64,000 nucleotides of DNA from the human T2T-CHM13v2.0 reference genome, Homo sapiens. The DNA is taken from the NCBI RefSeq assembly GCF_009914755.1, contig NC_060938.1. One strand, 5' to 3'. This document shows positions 41,471 to 55,038 of the stretch, piece by piece. The position numbers and the translations under genes were made by a program. Below the pieces are notes generated by a model that was not told where the DNA came from, ran no database searches, and saw only the letters and a list, made by a program, of their open reading frames with translations. Numbering within the stretch: position 1 is the stretch's first letter; every line of letters starts with the position of its first letter.

Positions 41471-44400
41471 ATGTTGTTAAAAACTTTAGCATTCTTTCTT
41501 TTCACCTTTCTTCCTCCCTCTCCCTCCTCCTCTTTACTTTTCTTCCTCTTCCTTTCTCTTCTTCTTTCTCTCCTTCATTATCCCTTTCGCTCTGTTTCTC
41601 TTTCTCCCTTTATCTTTTTTCTTTTCTTTCAATTTTCTCCATTACTAAGATATGTTTAAATACCCTTACCATGTGAGTTGATAGAGTTATTTCTCAGTTT
41701 AATCCTCTTTTGAGATTTACAGTCACTCTAAGTAAAGAGATTACCCAAACATAAGCCTCACAAACAGGCTTGCATACCATTCTTAATTTGGTCCTGTAAT
41801 TCTTCATTGCTGTATTAACTTTCTGATGCTTTTAAGGATGTTTTATAACAAATTGTTTAGTTTTTTCCACTGGAATGTTTATTCTGAATGATCTAATTCA
41901 TATTGTAAATATAGAGGGAGTTTAATATAAAATTATTAAACTAAAATTTATGAAAGAACGTATTTGTGCATTTAACAAATATGTTAATCCTCAGACTGTT
42001 ATTGGGCAGCTGAGCATACAGCAATAAAAATAACAATTTTTATGTGTATAATATTTATGGAATACGTTACTGGAACAAATAAATAATTTAGTTAATAACA
42101 TGACAAAGAACAGAAATTGTATACACTATAGAGCATAGTAATGGAATAGTGAATGATTAAAGTTATTAATATTAGGTAGAAAATGAAGGGTATCTTTGAG
42201 AGCAGATCTCAAGGAAGCAAGCAATTTGCCTTATGAGGAAAGAGTTACCTGTGGATAAAGGAGAAACTGAAAAATTTAGAAGTCAAGACTTTTTGAGCAA
42301 AAACAAAAATATGACTATTAGTCACCAATTCAGTACAGTGAAAAAAGAGTTGAAGAGATATCTTGGAAGTAAACCATGTTGTGGAAGAGCATGTAGGGTT
42401 TTGATAATCATGGGATGATTCTGAATTAATTTTAAATGCGATAGGAATATATGAGATACTTTCACCAGAGAATAACATGATTGTGTTTGCATTACAATGG
42501 GGTGTATCTGGTGCACCGTGTAGAATAAATAGGTTATGTGAGCAAATAAATTGGAATGCTATTGTAATCCAGAGAAAAAAGGTAGTGACTTAGGTGAGAA
42601 TGCTGTCAGGATGAGTGGTATTAGTGGTGAGAAGTTGTTAGGCCATGGATGTATTTCAGAGGACTGGCCAAGAGAACTGCAGCTAAATTGGAGTGTAGGG
42701 AGTGAAATGGAGAACTCAAAGATGACTCTCAGCACTGGAAGGTGACAGCTGTCACTGAAGCATGCTGATGCCTCTTATTAAGAGAGTTATTTGGGAATGG
42801 CAAGATCAAAACTTCTCACTTTCAAATTTATGAAAAATATTGTTTTCAGAACGAATGACTTTGGGATCAGAAAGCCATCATTCTAATTGATGGTTCCAAG
42901 ACTACACGGGCTCACACTCCCAAGACCAAAAGTAAATCATCACAAAGGTGCTTCCTGATAATTCTAGAGAATGGAGAATTACTGTAACATCTTTCTGATT
43001 TTAGGAGAGGTAGCAGTTCCCTGTTTAGCCTAAACGCTATTTTTTTTAAAGCTCAGCCAAGAGACTCCATTATAATTTTCAAATGTGTGTAACTTCAATT
43101 CTCATATGAAATACCACTATGCTTAAATTAGTCAAAACATTTTCCCCATCTACAACTCTATCTTGTCATTGCAATCATTTTCACAAAAGTGACTGCAGCT
43201 CACAGACCCTAAAAGGAGAAAATCCAGGGTAGGTTATCTGATCTAGTTAGTTTGGAAGACAGGATCTAGAGATTATTTAATATGAAATAGTTCACCTGAA
43301 ATGAAGTGTTTACTGAAAACAGCTTGGATCAGCCCAGTTTTCTACCACTGAACCATGCATTTGGTTTAAAAAACACAACAACTCTGGGGAATATCAGCCG
43401 CTTCCAACTGTGTTGAAGGTGTTAAAGAAAAGAGCATAAAATTAAAAATGATCATCTGAGGCCTTTATAGTCTCTGCTCAAGAGACTAGAATCTTCCATT
43501 CTTAACGAAACACCCAAATATCTTAATAATTGGGCAAAATCTAAATATCAGAGAGATAATTTTATCTTGAAGATTGTTAAATTATAATGGTGATTCACTA
43601 CCTTGCCACGTCTCTGACTCAAAAATTAGGTCTTTGTTTAGGAATCAATGGTACTCTGCAACTTGGAAATAGGAAGATTTTAGAAGACTCAAACATTGAC
43701 TTTCTTGTGTGCAAAAAAAAAGACGTATTGAGATAAGACAAGTCTTTCCTTGCAAGGATACCTCTAATGCTCATACACCACCTCCCCTAACGTTAATATA
43801 GCTTCCAGGTCAGTAACCAGTGTCAGAGAGCAGCCCATGCAACTACAAATTCAATAGATGTCGAACACAGGGTCAAGCCTAGAATAAGAAGTCTCAGCTA
43901 ATTAACTATGCTTTTTTCCCCAAATTCACATTAAGAAAAACTTGGATATGTCAGAGAATGCATTCTAAGTTCACTCAACCTAGGAGGGAGAAACATAATT
44001 TTAAATTAAGAGCTGAAGCATTCTTGTCCTAACAGAAAGCAAGGAAAACGAAATATCACACCACAGGAGGGATTTCACAAATTAGTGTCAACATCAAAAC
44101 CTTAAAATAGGCAAGGAGAATACAGATTCACAATGAACTCTTGTACTTGTTTTGTTCAGAGAAGAGATGGTTCTGAGAGAATGACAGTGAACTAACCCCA
44201 GCTGGTTTAGTTGATGCTTTCAAATGCTGCTTCTGATCAACTCCTTTAGCTACAATAAATTGATGAGGATTTTGGCATGTGGTATTAGAGATGGTTCTTT
44301 TTTCCTCTTATTTGCATTGTTCAATGTAGTAAATACTAGCTGTATATGGCTACTTCAATTCAAATTAATTACAATGAAATATACTTCAATATTGAATTTT

Positions 44401-45142
44401 TTAGTCACTGTTGGTTCATTATTGAATATCTTCAGCTAAGATTTCCCATCTAAATACACTAAGAGGTGGTTTAGTTAACTGGTCGTCCACAAATATTGAC
44501 GCTGATGTTAACTCCCGATATATTCTCTGCAAATAGAATATTCATGAGCCTCCTCCTGAAATCAGCAGCCTAGAGATAGTTTTATAAATTGGATACCAGT
44601 TGGAAATCTATATACTCTTTAAGTTTTTGAAATATTAGCTTCCCAGGGAAGAAAATCAAATTCATGAGATATGTTAGGACAATTTAACTCAAGATGCTCA
44701 AAACTGAAATGATGTATTCTACAATATGTTGTAAAACCACCCTCTAACAACTTAAAGCAAAACAGGGATTGACCCTAAAGACCTGCCTTATCCTCATCCC
44801 CCAGCCAGTTTTCAAATCTTTCATTTTATTTCCAAAGGTCCTTATCTCCCTAGTCTCTTGTTTCTAGACTCGGCACATATTTAAGTTTGTTACCTCTATC
44901 TACTGACTTTTCTCTTTTCAAACAGTATCTATGCCTGCCAAATGTGAACATATAAAAAAAAATCAGAATGTGCCATTCTGATTTAAACTGCTTATTAGTT
45001 AAAACCCTCAAGATAACATCTGGGTTCTTAGCTGCAATGAGTCAAGCCTACTTACATCTTTTTTTGTCTTTGGCTGCACATTTCCTATCTCATCACACTC
45101 CAGCAATGCCAAGCTGTGCCGGCCTTCTACACCAGATCCACT

Positions 45143-45840
45143 ATTTTGCCCCGCGTCGTTGCGGATTTTTGCCCCCTCTCCACCGCGGCTTTTTGCCCCC
45201 CGCCGCCGAGCCTTTCTGCCCGCCGCGGCTTGTTCCCCCCGCCGCTGCGGCTTTTTGCCAGGCGCGACTTTTTGCACCCCCGCCGCCGCGGTCTTTTCCG
45301 CGCCGAGGCTTTTTGCTTCCGCGGATTTTTGCCCGCCACGGCTTTTTCCTCCCCGCGCGGTGGCTTTTTGCCGCCGCGGCTTCTTGCCCGCCGCGGCTTT
45401 TCGCCCCCCGCTGCCGCGGCTTTTTGCCCACCACGGCTTTTTGCCCCTCCCTGCCACGGCTTTTTGCACCCCCGCTGCCGCGGCTTTTTGCACCCCCGCT
45501 GCCGCGGCTTTTTGCACCCCCGCTGCCGCGGCTTTTTGCACCCTCGCTGCCGCGGCTTTTTGCACCCCCGCTGCCGCGGCTTTTTGCACCCCCGCTGCCG
45601 CGGCTTTTTGCACCCTCGCTGCCGCGGCTTTTTGCACCCTCGCTGCCGCGGCTTTTTGCACCCTCGCTGCCGCGGCTTTTTGCACCCCCGCTGCCGCGGC
45701 TTTTTGCCCCCCGACGTCGCGGCTTTTTGCCGCCCGCCGCCGCGGCTTTTCCCTCCCTCGCCGCCGCGGCTTTTTGGCGCCGCGGCTTTTTGCCCGCCCC
45801 GGCTTTTTGCCCCCCCCCGCCGACGCCGCTTTTTGCCCCA
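45143..45840. repeat. GC-rich degenerate tandem array, copy 2, same family and orientation as 911-2785
   Basis: Same gccgcggctttttgcccc units; includes ten 24-bp units at 45467-45706. Confidence 0.95.
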
Positions 45841-47435
45841 TGGCCATCCTCAGAAGCATTGAGTGGAACAGAGTGAAGGGAAAACTGTTTTCTTCTAAAG
45901 CTCAAAAATCTTGAACTTTCAAATAGGGATAAGTGTTATTTTTGCTCCAAGCACACATTTGAGGAATCTTCCATTTAGCGGATCTGATGATAAACCCACA
46001 TTTTTTGTTTGTTTTAATCTGAAAATGTATTTCTCTGGTTCTTGGAAATTTTTTTTGCATATAAGATTATATTTTATCATCTTATTTCAAGTTTTATTTA
46101 CCATTTGATGATTACTCTTAAAATGTCCTTGATTAAAGAATCATCTATTGCTCCAACTGCTCTTTACTAAAGGTAATTTGTCTTTTCAACCTCATCAGGC
46201 TCCTTTTAAGCTCTCAAACTGACCTTATTTTTTTTTTACAGGTTCAATGCATTAAGTCAATTTATTATTTATGATGAATTTATTTATGTATTTATTTTCA
46301 CTATCACAAGTAGAAAAAGCCTGTAAGTTGCTATGCCAAAAAGCTGCCTCTAGATGGCAAACAAACCCCACAATACACAAAAGAGAGCCAAATTCTTAGA
46401 AACCCTGGGAAAGGAAGAGGGCTACTGTCCCATTAACAACTTGGAGCCCTTAAGGCAAGAATGAGGTGGAACATCTGGGAGGAGACACCAGGGTGCGGAG
46501 TAGTGGGGAACCTGCTCTGTGCGCTGAGACTGAAAGCCCAGCCTTGCCTCTCAGCGCTGCCTTGACTGTGTCCCCACGTGCTGTGAAGTGAATGGTGTCT
46601 TCTAAATTCATGCTGAGCACTAATTGCTGAAAAGTGTAAGACATGCAATCGGGGGATTATGTGCATCTTCCCGACACCAACATGATGCTCAGGAAGGAGA
46701 CTTCTTGTTTTCTCTTAGGATTCTTTACTAACCAAGATTTTGCCTCTACTGCATATTTCCCTTAGCTGATTGTCCCTCCCTTTTGACAGAAGATGGCCCA
46801 GGGCATTCACTACTAAGTCTCAACCTCTTACCCAAAGCCCTCAGTCTAGTGTTGCTCTTTCCTTCATGCTATTTTTGTTTGTTTCTTTTCTTGTAATCAT
46901 CTTGGCAATAAAATAATCACTTTTTTCTTTCTACCTATTAAAGATGTTACCTTAGTTAATTACAGTGGTTTCCTTCAGAATGATAAATGGTGTTTCAAAA
47001 TGATGTAAAGAGATCTAAATCCGTGTGCTCCAGAAGTTGAATGAAGATCTGTCTAGCACGGGTGCCAGTGACTCTCCCAGAGTGCTCCATGCAGCTGGCC
47101 CCACAGAGTCCCTCTGTACTGTCATATCACCCACTGCCTTCTGTGAATGAGATATTCTGATTAGAATCCTGGTGGATGCTATTTGAGCCAGTGCCCCCAC
47201 AACTCCTATGAAAGCCGAGGACCACAGGCCCCTGAAGACAATCACAGGTCTCTAGACTCACAGCTCATGACCATCCTCTGCAGACACAGCTTCTCCCTGG
47301 ATGGCTGAGGGTTGTCATTGGCTGTGTCCTTCCTTGTGCATGACAACAGGAGACATAGAAGGTCTGTAAGCAGCCCTGCAAGCCAGGTTCTGAGCAAGAC
47401 CTCCTGTGTGGGGCCCTCTTACCTGGACATAGGTG

Positions 47436-48284
47436 AGTAAACCAAAAATGAAACTCTAAGCTCCCTAACCAACTGAATGAACTCCTCCTCTCAACCAAGG
47501 ACACACCAAAATCAACCTGAAATACAATGCAGTCCATGATCGGAACGGATGATTGGATATGCCTGAACTTACCCTCTTCCCTTTAAAATTCAGGCACAAC
47601 TGACCAGCTTTTAATATGAAGACAGAGACCTTGAGACTGACAAAGAAAACTCTTTATAGCAATAAGATACCAATGTGACAGATACCACGTCCTAAGAGAA
47701 ATCAAAGTATTTTCCCCAAGATATTGTTATTTAATGTATTTAAAAATGCCTCTGCAAAGCTGGTTCTTGTGGGAAAAATCTACATTCTGTAGAGATTCCT
47801 TTTTAAATCTCTTTCCTGACCCAGAGAGATTTAACTAAGAGTTTGGCACCTTTTAAGTCTACTAAGAAACAATTACAATCTATTCTCTCTGAAGCCTGCT
47901 ACCTGGAGGCTTCATCTGCATGATGCAACCTTGGCTCCAAAACCCTTTTTCTAAACCCAGAAACTCCCTTGTGTTGATTACAGGTCATTAGATAAACGCT
48001 TTCAACCACCTATGAAATCTCTGAATCCACCTATGACCTGGAAGTCCCCAACATCCCCCCTCCTTCGGGCTGTCCTGCCTTTCCATATCAAAGCAATGTA
48101 CAGCTTACACGTATTGATTGATATCTTGTGTCTCCCTAAAACGTGTGAAACCAACCTGTAGCCCGACGACCTTTGACACACGTTCTCAAGACCTCCTGAG
48201 GCTGTTTCACTGATATTTCTTTAACTTTGACCAAATAAATTTCTAAACTGATTGAGACTTTTCTCAGATACTTATTTGTTTATA
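47436..48284 (+). mobile_element. MER4-group ERV1 solo LTR
   Basis: gtaaaccaaaaatgaaactctaagc...tctctgaagcctgctacctggaggcttcatctgcatgat...cacctatgacctggaag...aaataaatttctaaactgattgagac. Confidence 0.75.
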
Positions 48285-48434
48285 GGTATCACTGGATACA
48301 CTTAAGGAATTGAAGAGATTTATGACATTGAGAAAAGGAGGAAGCCAGGGTGTATGGAGAGAGAGAGAGAGAGAGATTGTGATGTATGTACTGGACTAAC
48401 ACTGAGACCTGGTTATGTAATGGTGTAGTACTGA

Positions 48435-48886
48435 GTATCATCCCCAAATAGTGAGGTTTCATTCCAAGAAGATTATGCATGTATCTCATTTGGGAAAACA
48501 GCTTTTGCAGGTGTAAATTAAGGAGCTTGAAACAGGGAGATATTCTTAGATTAATCAACTGGGACTTAAATGCAAACTCAAGTGTCCTAAAAAAACCAAG
48601 AGGTAGAGAGACATTTAGCATAGACTGAAGTGGAGAAGGCAATGTGAACACAGAGACAGAGATTGCAGTGATGTGTCCACATTCCGGGAGAGAGAAGCCA
48701 CCAGAAGCTGGAAGAGCTAAATCAGACTGCTCCCTAGAGCTTCAGAAGGAGCCAGAACTGATGACTCCAAGATCTTAGCCCAGTGAAACTGATCTGGACT
48801 TCTGAACTATGAGAGATTCCATTCCTGTTGTTTGAAGCTACCACATTTTTGAGAACTTGTTACAGTAGCCCAAGGACACTAACACA
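48435..48886 (+). mobile_element. MLT1D/E-like LTR
   Basis: ttttgcaggtgtaaattaagg...gccaccagaagctggaagag...gcccagtgaaactgat..ggacttctga...ttgttacagtagc..aggacactaacaca. Confidence 0.75.
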
Positions 48887-49676
48887 AATGGGGCTCCGGG
48901 AAAATCCAGACTAAAGGTGTTGTGTTGGTTTGCAATCTCCTTGCTTAATTTTCTGATACTAGACATAAATAGATTGGTGAAAAATTTTGTGATTGAAGAA
49001 GTGCACATGAAACCTACAGTGTACAGAGAAGCATCTGTTAGTTATAAGATAAATATTGATAATTTTAGTTGAAAATGAAATATGACTGTTAATATCTCAC
49101 ATAACATTCTGAGTTACTCAAGAATGCATAAAAGGGGCACTAGATACTCTTCTCATGTATGTGTGTGTGTCTGTCTATACATGTATGTACACTTCATGGT
49201 GCATCAGTTGGCGGAATCCTCAGGACACCCCTTCACATCCTCAGTGCCCCATTTCACACATGAGGAAACTGTTCATGACAGCACATGGCTGATTTGCGTA
49301 AAAGTCACTTGGTCAGCAGTTGTTGAAGCTGAACTTGGAATCTAGGTCTGTCTGACCTTAACTATGTTCCTTCCACAGAGCCACGTTCATTCCATAGAGG
49401 AACCCACCACCTATAAAACCAGGAAAGAGACAAAGCCAGAAGTGCAGGGTGGATTTCTTAACACAAGCTCACTGCGACCTCTAGTCCTCATCACGCTGAC
49501 ACTAAGCTTAAACCCAGACCCTTCTACAGTTTTGTCTACAAAGCACAATTTGCCCAAAGCCTTTACAAACACCAACAGCCTTTCTTTCAGATATGGCAGC
49601 AGGGTCACATCTTACACGGCCCTGACCACATTTTGTCTCCTCTGCCATCCCCATCTCTCTGACTCAGTCCTCGCTT

Positions 49677-50030
49677 GCAGCCATAAAAAAGGATGAGTTC
49701 ATGTCCTTTGTAGGGACATGGATGAAGCTGGAAACCATCATTCTCAGCAAACTATCGCAAGGACAAAAAAACCAATCACTGCATGTTCTCACTCACAGGT
49801 GGGAATTGAACAATGAGAACATATGGACACAGGAAGGGGAACATCACACACCAGGGCCTGTTGTGGGGTGGGGGGAGGGGGGAGGGATAGCATTAGGAGG
49901 TATACCTAATGTAAATGACGAGTTAATGGGTGCAGCACACCAACATGGCACATGTATACGTATGTAACAAACCTGCACGTTGTGCACATGTACCCTAGAA
50001 CTTAAAGAACAATAATAATAATAATAATAA
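49677..50030 (+). mobile_element. L1PA (primate-specific, PA4/5-like) 5'-truncated 3' end
   Basis: ORF2 C-terminus MSFVGTWMKLETIILSKLSQ, G-rich 3' UTR gggtggggggaggggggagggatagcattagg, (AAT)n tail. Confidence 0.92.
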
Positions 50031-50335
50031 AAGAATGAGTCTTGTACATCTAATTTGCCCCACAAATGTTAAAACAGCAAACCCGCATCCCCTTCCTCTT
50101 CTCATGTGCTGTGAGGGATGACCTCCAGGCTCTCAGATACCAAGATTATACAAGACCTAACCTAGAGAATTACTCAAGACACTTTCTACGTAAGAAGAAT
50201 TGTGGTGTTAGCTCTCCTCATAGAAAAATGTTTTCTGTCTCTTCTTGAAATTGACAGCAAACACAAAAACACAGAACTATTTGGGAGAACAGAGGACAGT
50301 GATACACTAGGGAAGTAAAACACACCCCTTCCCCT

Positions 50336-50795
50336 TGCATTGGTTTCCTGTTGCTGCTGTAACAAATTACCACAACCTTACAGCTACACATAATACAACT
50401 GTATTACCTTACATTTCTGGAGGTCAGAAGTCTCAATGAAGTAAAATCAAGGAGTAATAGGGCTCTATTCAGTCTAGGCTTCAAGAGAGAGAATCCAATA
50501 TCGAGCATTCCATCTTTCTGATGTTCCCACATTCCTAGCAGCATGGCCCCTACCTCCATCACTCCAGTTTCCCTGTCCGTTGTCCCAGGTCCTCTCTGGC
50601 TGTTACCTTCCTCCCTCCCTATTGTAAGGACCCTTGTGATTATGATGGTCTCACCCAGATAATTCAGGATACTCTCCTGACCCCCAAATTCTCAACCATG
50701 TCTGCCAAGTTATTTTTGACATATTCATAAGTAATGATCATAGATTCCAGATATTAGGACAATGATGTCTTTAGTGGGTGTATTATTTATTCCAC
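50336..50795 (-). mobile_element. MLT1D-like LTR
   Basis: ggtttcctgttgctgctgtaacaaattaccacaa...ttctggaggtcagaagtc...taaggacccttgtgatta...cacccagataattcaggata. Confidence 0.75.
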
Positions 50796-53001
50796 AAACA
50801 ACTCTCATCATCCACACAATGGTCTTCCCCTAAGGTAGAATAAAAATATCACAAGGCAGATTTATGAGGCGATCGACCTAGAAAAAACCTGAGACTCTAG
50901 GACTGTCTGATGTGTGGATGTCAAATCCTGGGAGATTCTGAGTCTCTGCTCTATGTGGACTCTATGTTGTGTAGCCATTTGTGGAAGGCTTCTGTGATTT
51001 TGTGACCTAGAGAAAATGAATCTCTGCTAAAATCAAATCTAAGAAAGATTGGCAAAGGGAATTTAAAGATTTCCTAAATTTTTGGAATTTCCCTAAGCAT
51101 TAAAACAGGAGAAGTGGCAATAATTCAAACCAATGATGCCCTCCAAGAATGAGGATTTTTCCAATGCATTAGGTTGGGTCCCCTCAGTGAGAAGGATGCC
51201 AAAGATTCGCATGCAGGCAGTATATTTACAAAGTGCGGGAAACAAGCAAGTGAGCAAGGGAGGGGAGGAGGGAAAGGGAAAGTGAAAGGTGTCTCAGAAG
51301 GAGCCACCTCTGAGGATGACGAGAGCTCAAGCCTACATAGAAACACAGGAAAAATGCCTCTGTTATTCCACCTGAGAGGTGAGGGAGCTGGGGGATGTAT
51401 ACACCTCCCTTGTCATCACTGATTGACAGCCGTCCTAGGGGTTGCTAATTCCAGGCCATGAGGTCTGCCTCATTTGCAGCCTGAGCTGCTTCCCCAGGTT
51501 CAGATAGAGCAGTGAAGGGGAGAAAGGGCCATAGAGAGTCGGCTGAAGTATAATGACTAGAATCCCCAAGGCGTAGTAACAATGACTGCAAAAATTATGC
51601 ACAAAGAAGAAGCGCATTTGAATCCAGAGATGTATCTCTCTGAATCTGGATATATGGATCCTGGCAGCCTGTTCAGTAGCCATTTCCCAGAAATCCAGTC
51701 CTCTGGAAAAGCAGCAGGAGGTTTGTGCACAGGCTGCACTACCTTGGTCTGGCCACTGGTAGTCGTGCATGAGAACTACTCCCTGGAGTGTTTCTCAGTC
51801 CACTGACACTGACGTAATTGGCTCCACTTCCCCTGCTGTTGAGCCAGGCTGACACACCCTGGACAAAGACATCTGTGTGAAGTATTGAGGTTCAAATCAG
51901 TGCTTAAGATATGTTTGGATGCAAAATACTTTTTCATCTACATGGGCAGTGTCTTGGCAGAAGATGGAGATTCTCTCTAAATGGATGTGAGACAGGGTGG
52001 CTGGCATCTGGGTCAGGATGTTGCCCTGGTGCATGGCAAGGACATGCATTGGGCAGCAACTGCCCTCGCTAAGGAGAGAGGTTCACTGACCTGGCTTTTC
52101 CCCCCTCACCTGCTCTCCAGAAAGCCAGACTCTAGGGCAAATGCTCCTGAGACCCCAAGAACAGGCTGGTGGGGAGCGCAGCTCAGAGCATTACTCAGGG
52201 GATGTGGCCTTTGTCATCCTACTTTGAAACAATTGACTATTTGAGCCTAGATTGATAGAGGGCTTCAAGTTGATTTTAATCCAGGCTCCTATAGTCAGCG
52301 AGTGAAACAGAGATTTTAGTTGAAATAATGAGACCTGGTATTACTAGTCAGCTCTCCATGCTGGAGAACCATAAGAAATTATACCAAAGGCAGGAAAGGG
52401 GATAGAATATGGGGATCATCACACCAAGAATAAGGTGCAGCCCATTTAGCCCCTGGGTCTTAAAGAGACCCATAGCTCTGGATAATGGCAGATCTATGCG
52501 TGACACAGTTATCATCTTTGTGCATCTTCAGAGAATTGTTTTTCCTTTTACTCCTAGGAACAATGTCTTAAGTTTGTTAGTAAATTCTATTGAATTTATT
52601 AAAGATTCTTCTGATAAATTCTTTTTATATTCATTTCAAAAAAGAAGAAATTTCACACTGACAGAGACATTGTTATTATAGCACTAAATACTTTTACACT
52701 CTTCAAATTCCTTTGAGGCTAACTGAAATTTCTGACAGCCCCACATTCTACAACTTTATTGTAAATTTTCTGCCAAAAGTGATGCTTCCCTATACACTCC
52801 TAATACAAGTATAAATATATTATTTAATCTAGGCTTAGGTTGATTTAAAATTTTGAAAATTCACTCCAAAAATATGTTCTGTAACCGTATGGCCACCAAT
52901 GAGAAATGTATTCTTTCAAGGTAAATCTGTGCTGCCCTGGTCTGACCTGGGACTCTGGGGATACTGCGCCCCTGTGCTGAGTTACTGAAATGAGCCAGCC
53001 C

Positions 53002-53084
53002 CGCAGCTGTGCTCAGCCTGCCCCATCCCCTGCTGATTTGCCTGTTCCTAAAGCACAACCCCCTGCCCTGAAGACTTTTTATAG
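53002..53084 (+). promoter_or_regulatory. Ig kappa V promoter remnant: pentadecamer/E-box, mutated octamer, TATA-like element
   Basis: cgcagctgtgctcag (53002-53016); ATTTGCCT at 53036-53043 in place of ATTTGCAT; ttttata at ~53077-53083. Confidence 0.8.
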
Positions 53085-53129
53085 GCTGGTCACACCCGGT
53101 GCAGGAGTCAGTCCCAGTCAGGACACAGC

Positions 53130-53606
53130 ACAGACGTGAGGGCCCCCACTCAGCTCCTGGGGCTCCTGGTGCTCTGGCTGCCAGGTAAGGAAGGAGAACA
53201 CTAGGATTATACTTGGTCAGTGTGCTCAGTACTGTCTGGAACTTCAGGGAAGTCCTCTGATAACATGATTAATTGCAAGAATATTTGTTTTTATGTTTCC
53301 AACTTCAGGTGCCAGATGTGACATCCAGATGACCCAGTCTCCATCCTCCCTGTCTGCATCTGTAGGAGACAGAGTCACCATCACTTGCCGGGCGAGTCAG
53401 GGCATTAGCAATAATTTAAATTGGTATCAGCAGAAACCAGGGAAAACTCCTAAGCTCCTGATCTATGCTGCATCCAGTCTGCAAAGTGGGATTCCCTCTC
53501 GGTTCAGTGACAGTGGATCTGGGACAGATTACACTCTCACCATCAGCAGCCTGCAGCCTGAAGATTTTGCAACTTATTACTGTCAACAGAGTGACAGTAC
53601 CCCTCC
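53130..53606 (+). pseudogene. IGKV1OR: Immunoglobulin kappa variable 1 orphon pseudogene (IGKV1/OR type), unrearranged
   Basis: Leader exon 53130-53184 reads ACA GAC GTG AGG in place of ATG GAC ATG AGG; GT-AG intron 53185-53308; V exon 53309-53606 encodes [95 protein letters not shown]. It is the only V gene in 64 kb and lies in a duplication mosaic. The specific orphon copy cannot be determined. Confidence 0.92.
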
Positions 53607-53634
53607 CACAGTGTTACAAGTCATAACATAAACC
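53607..53634 (+). promoter_or_regulatory. V(D)J recombination signal sequence, 12-bp spacer
   Basis: CACAGTG (53607-53613) + TTACAAGTCATA (12 nt) + ACATAAACC (53626-53634, one mismatch to ACAAAAACC). Confidence 0.95.
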
Positions 53635-54584
53635 CCAAGGAAGCAGATGCATGAGGCTGGGCTGCCCCAATGCTCCTTCTGGTGCCTCTGTCTGCTGAGG
53701 GAAGTTCTCAAACTCAGTCAGGTTTGGAAAGTCATAGGGAGATTTTCCTAGAGGAGGCCAGGGAGGTTCCTCTGAACCCTAAGCCTCTTTCATCCTCATC
53801 CCCAGCAGAAAAGACGTGACAATGACTGTCCTGACTGAATAAAGAAGAGAGATAAGTCCAGCTGAGGAGTCTGTGTTATGGGATAATCGGAATTTGTACA
53901 GCAAAAGAGAAGCTATTCTCAGTATTTCAAGGAGAAATTATTCAAGTTGAATAAATTAGAGTCTAAACCACAGTCTTTCTGAAGCCTATGGAGTGTTATT
54001 CATGAAGCAGGTACTAGACACAGGGGATTCTCAGGTGTTACTTCAGAAGCCAGGGTTCACCTGCCCCTGGTGGTATGTGCTGAACACCGTGTGATGATCC
54101 TCAGTCCTGTCTGGGAAGCCCAGAGCTGGGGGTGCTGATGCTCTCAGCTGCCTGCAGCACATCTCCAGGTGATTCTCCAGTCCACACCTAACAGCATGTG
54201 CTTTACTTCAGGTGTCAGTGTACATGAATCCACCACTCTGACTTCCCAATCTCATGACAGTAATTAGTTGTAACTTATTGTGACCTCGTGGAGCAACTCT
54301 AAAGAAACCATAGAGAGAAAAGGAGTTTTGGAAAATGTGCTCCCAGAAGTGATAGTAGTGATGGGGAATTGACAGCTGACGGGGAAGTAAGGTGACTCTT
54401 TCCACAAGGCTCAACATTTTGCCAGTTACGAATTGTTGCAAAATACATTTGAATGTGCTTTCAAGTATTAACAGTTTGGGGTCATAGCTGAAAAACTTTA
54501 TTAAGTCACAGATAAAATGGGAAAATCAGGAAATTGTATGAAATATACAATAACACTATGTGTGATGGCTCAGGTCTGTAATCC

Positions 54585-55038
54585 TGTGATAGTTAATACA
54601 GATTGTCAACTTGATTACATTGAAGGATGTAAGCATTGCTCCTGGGTGAGTCTGTGAGGGTGTTGCCAAAGGAGATTAATATTTGAGTCAGTAGTCTGGG
54701 GAAGGCAGACCCCCTGCTTAATCTATGGGCACCATTTCATCAGCTGCCAGTGAATATAAAGCAGGCAGAAAAAAAGTGAAAAAGTGAGTCTGGCCCAGCC
54801 TCCCAGCCTACATCTCTCTCCCGTGCTGGATGCTTCCTACCCTTGAACATCGGACTCCAAGTTCTTTAGTTTTGAGACTCGAGCTGGCTCTCCTTACTCC
54901 TCATTCCTCATGCCTGCAGACAGCCTACTGTGGGACCTTGTGATCCTGTAAGTTAATATGTAATAATATGTAATAAACCCATATATATATATATAGAACT
55001 TATTAGTTCTGTCCCTCTAGAGAACCCTCACTAATACA
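54585..55038 (+). mobile_element. MLT2A-like 5' LTR of HERV-L
   Basis: tgtgatagttaata...tgtcaacttgatt...ctgtgagggtgttgccaaaggagattaa...tagttctgtccctctagagaaccctcactaataca. Confidence 0.88.

Noticed and set aside
45467-45706. Regular 24-bp repeats as a possible CRISPR array
   Set aside because: Head-to-tail units with no unique spacers, no cas genes, and a primate genomic context.
44968-45914. 250-300 aa ORFs in six frames
   Set aside because: Same repeat family, with a 24-bp in-frame period; no coding evidence.
53293-53631. 112-aa ORF as a functional Ig kappa CDS
   Set aside because: It starts at an intronic ATG and reads through the RSS; the true leader ATGs are mutated and there is no J or C segment.
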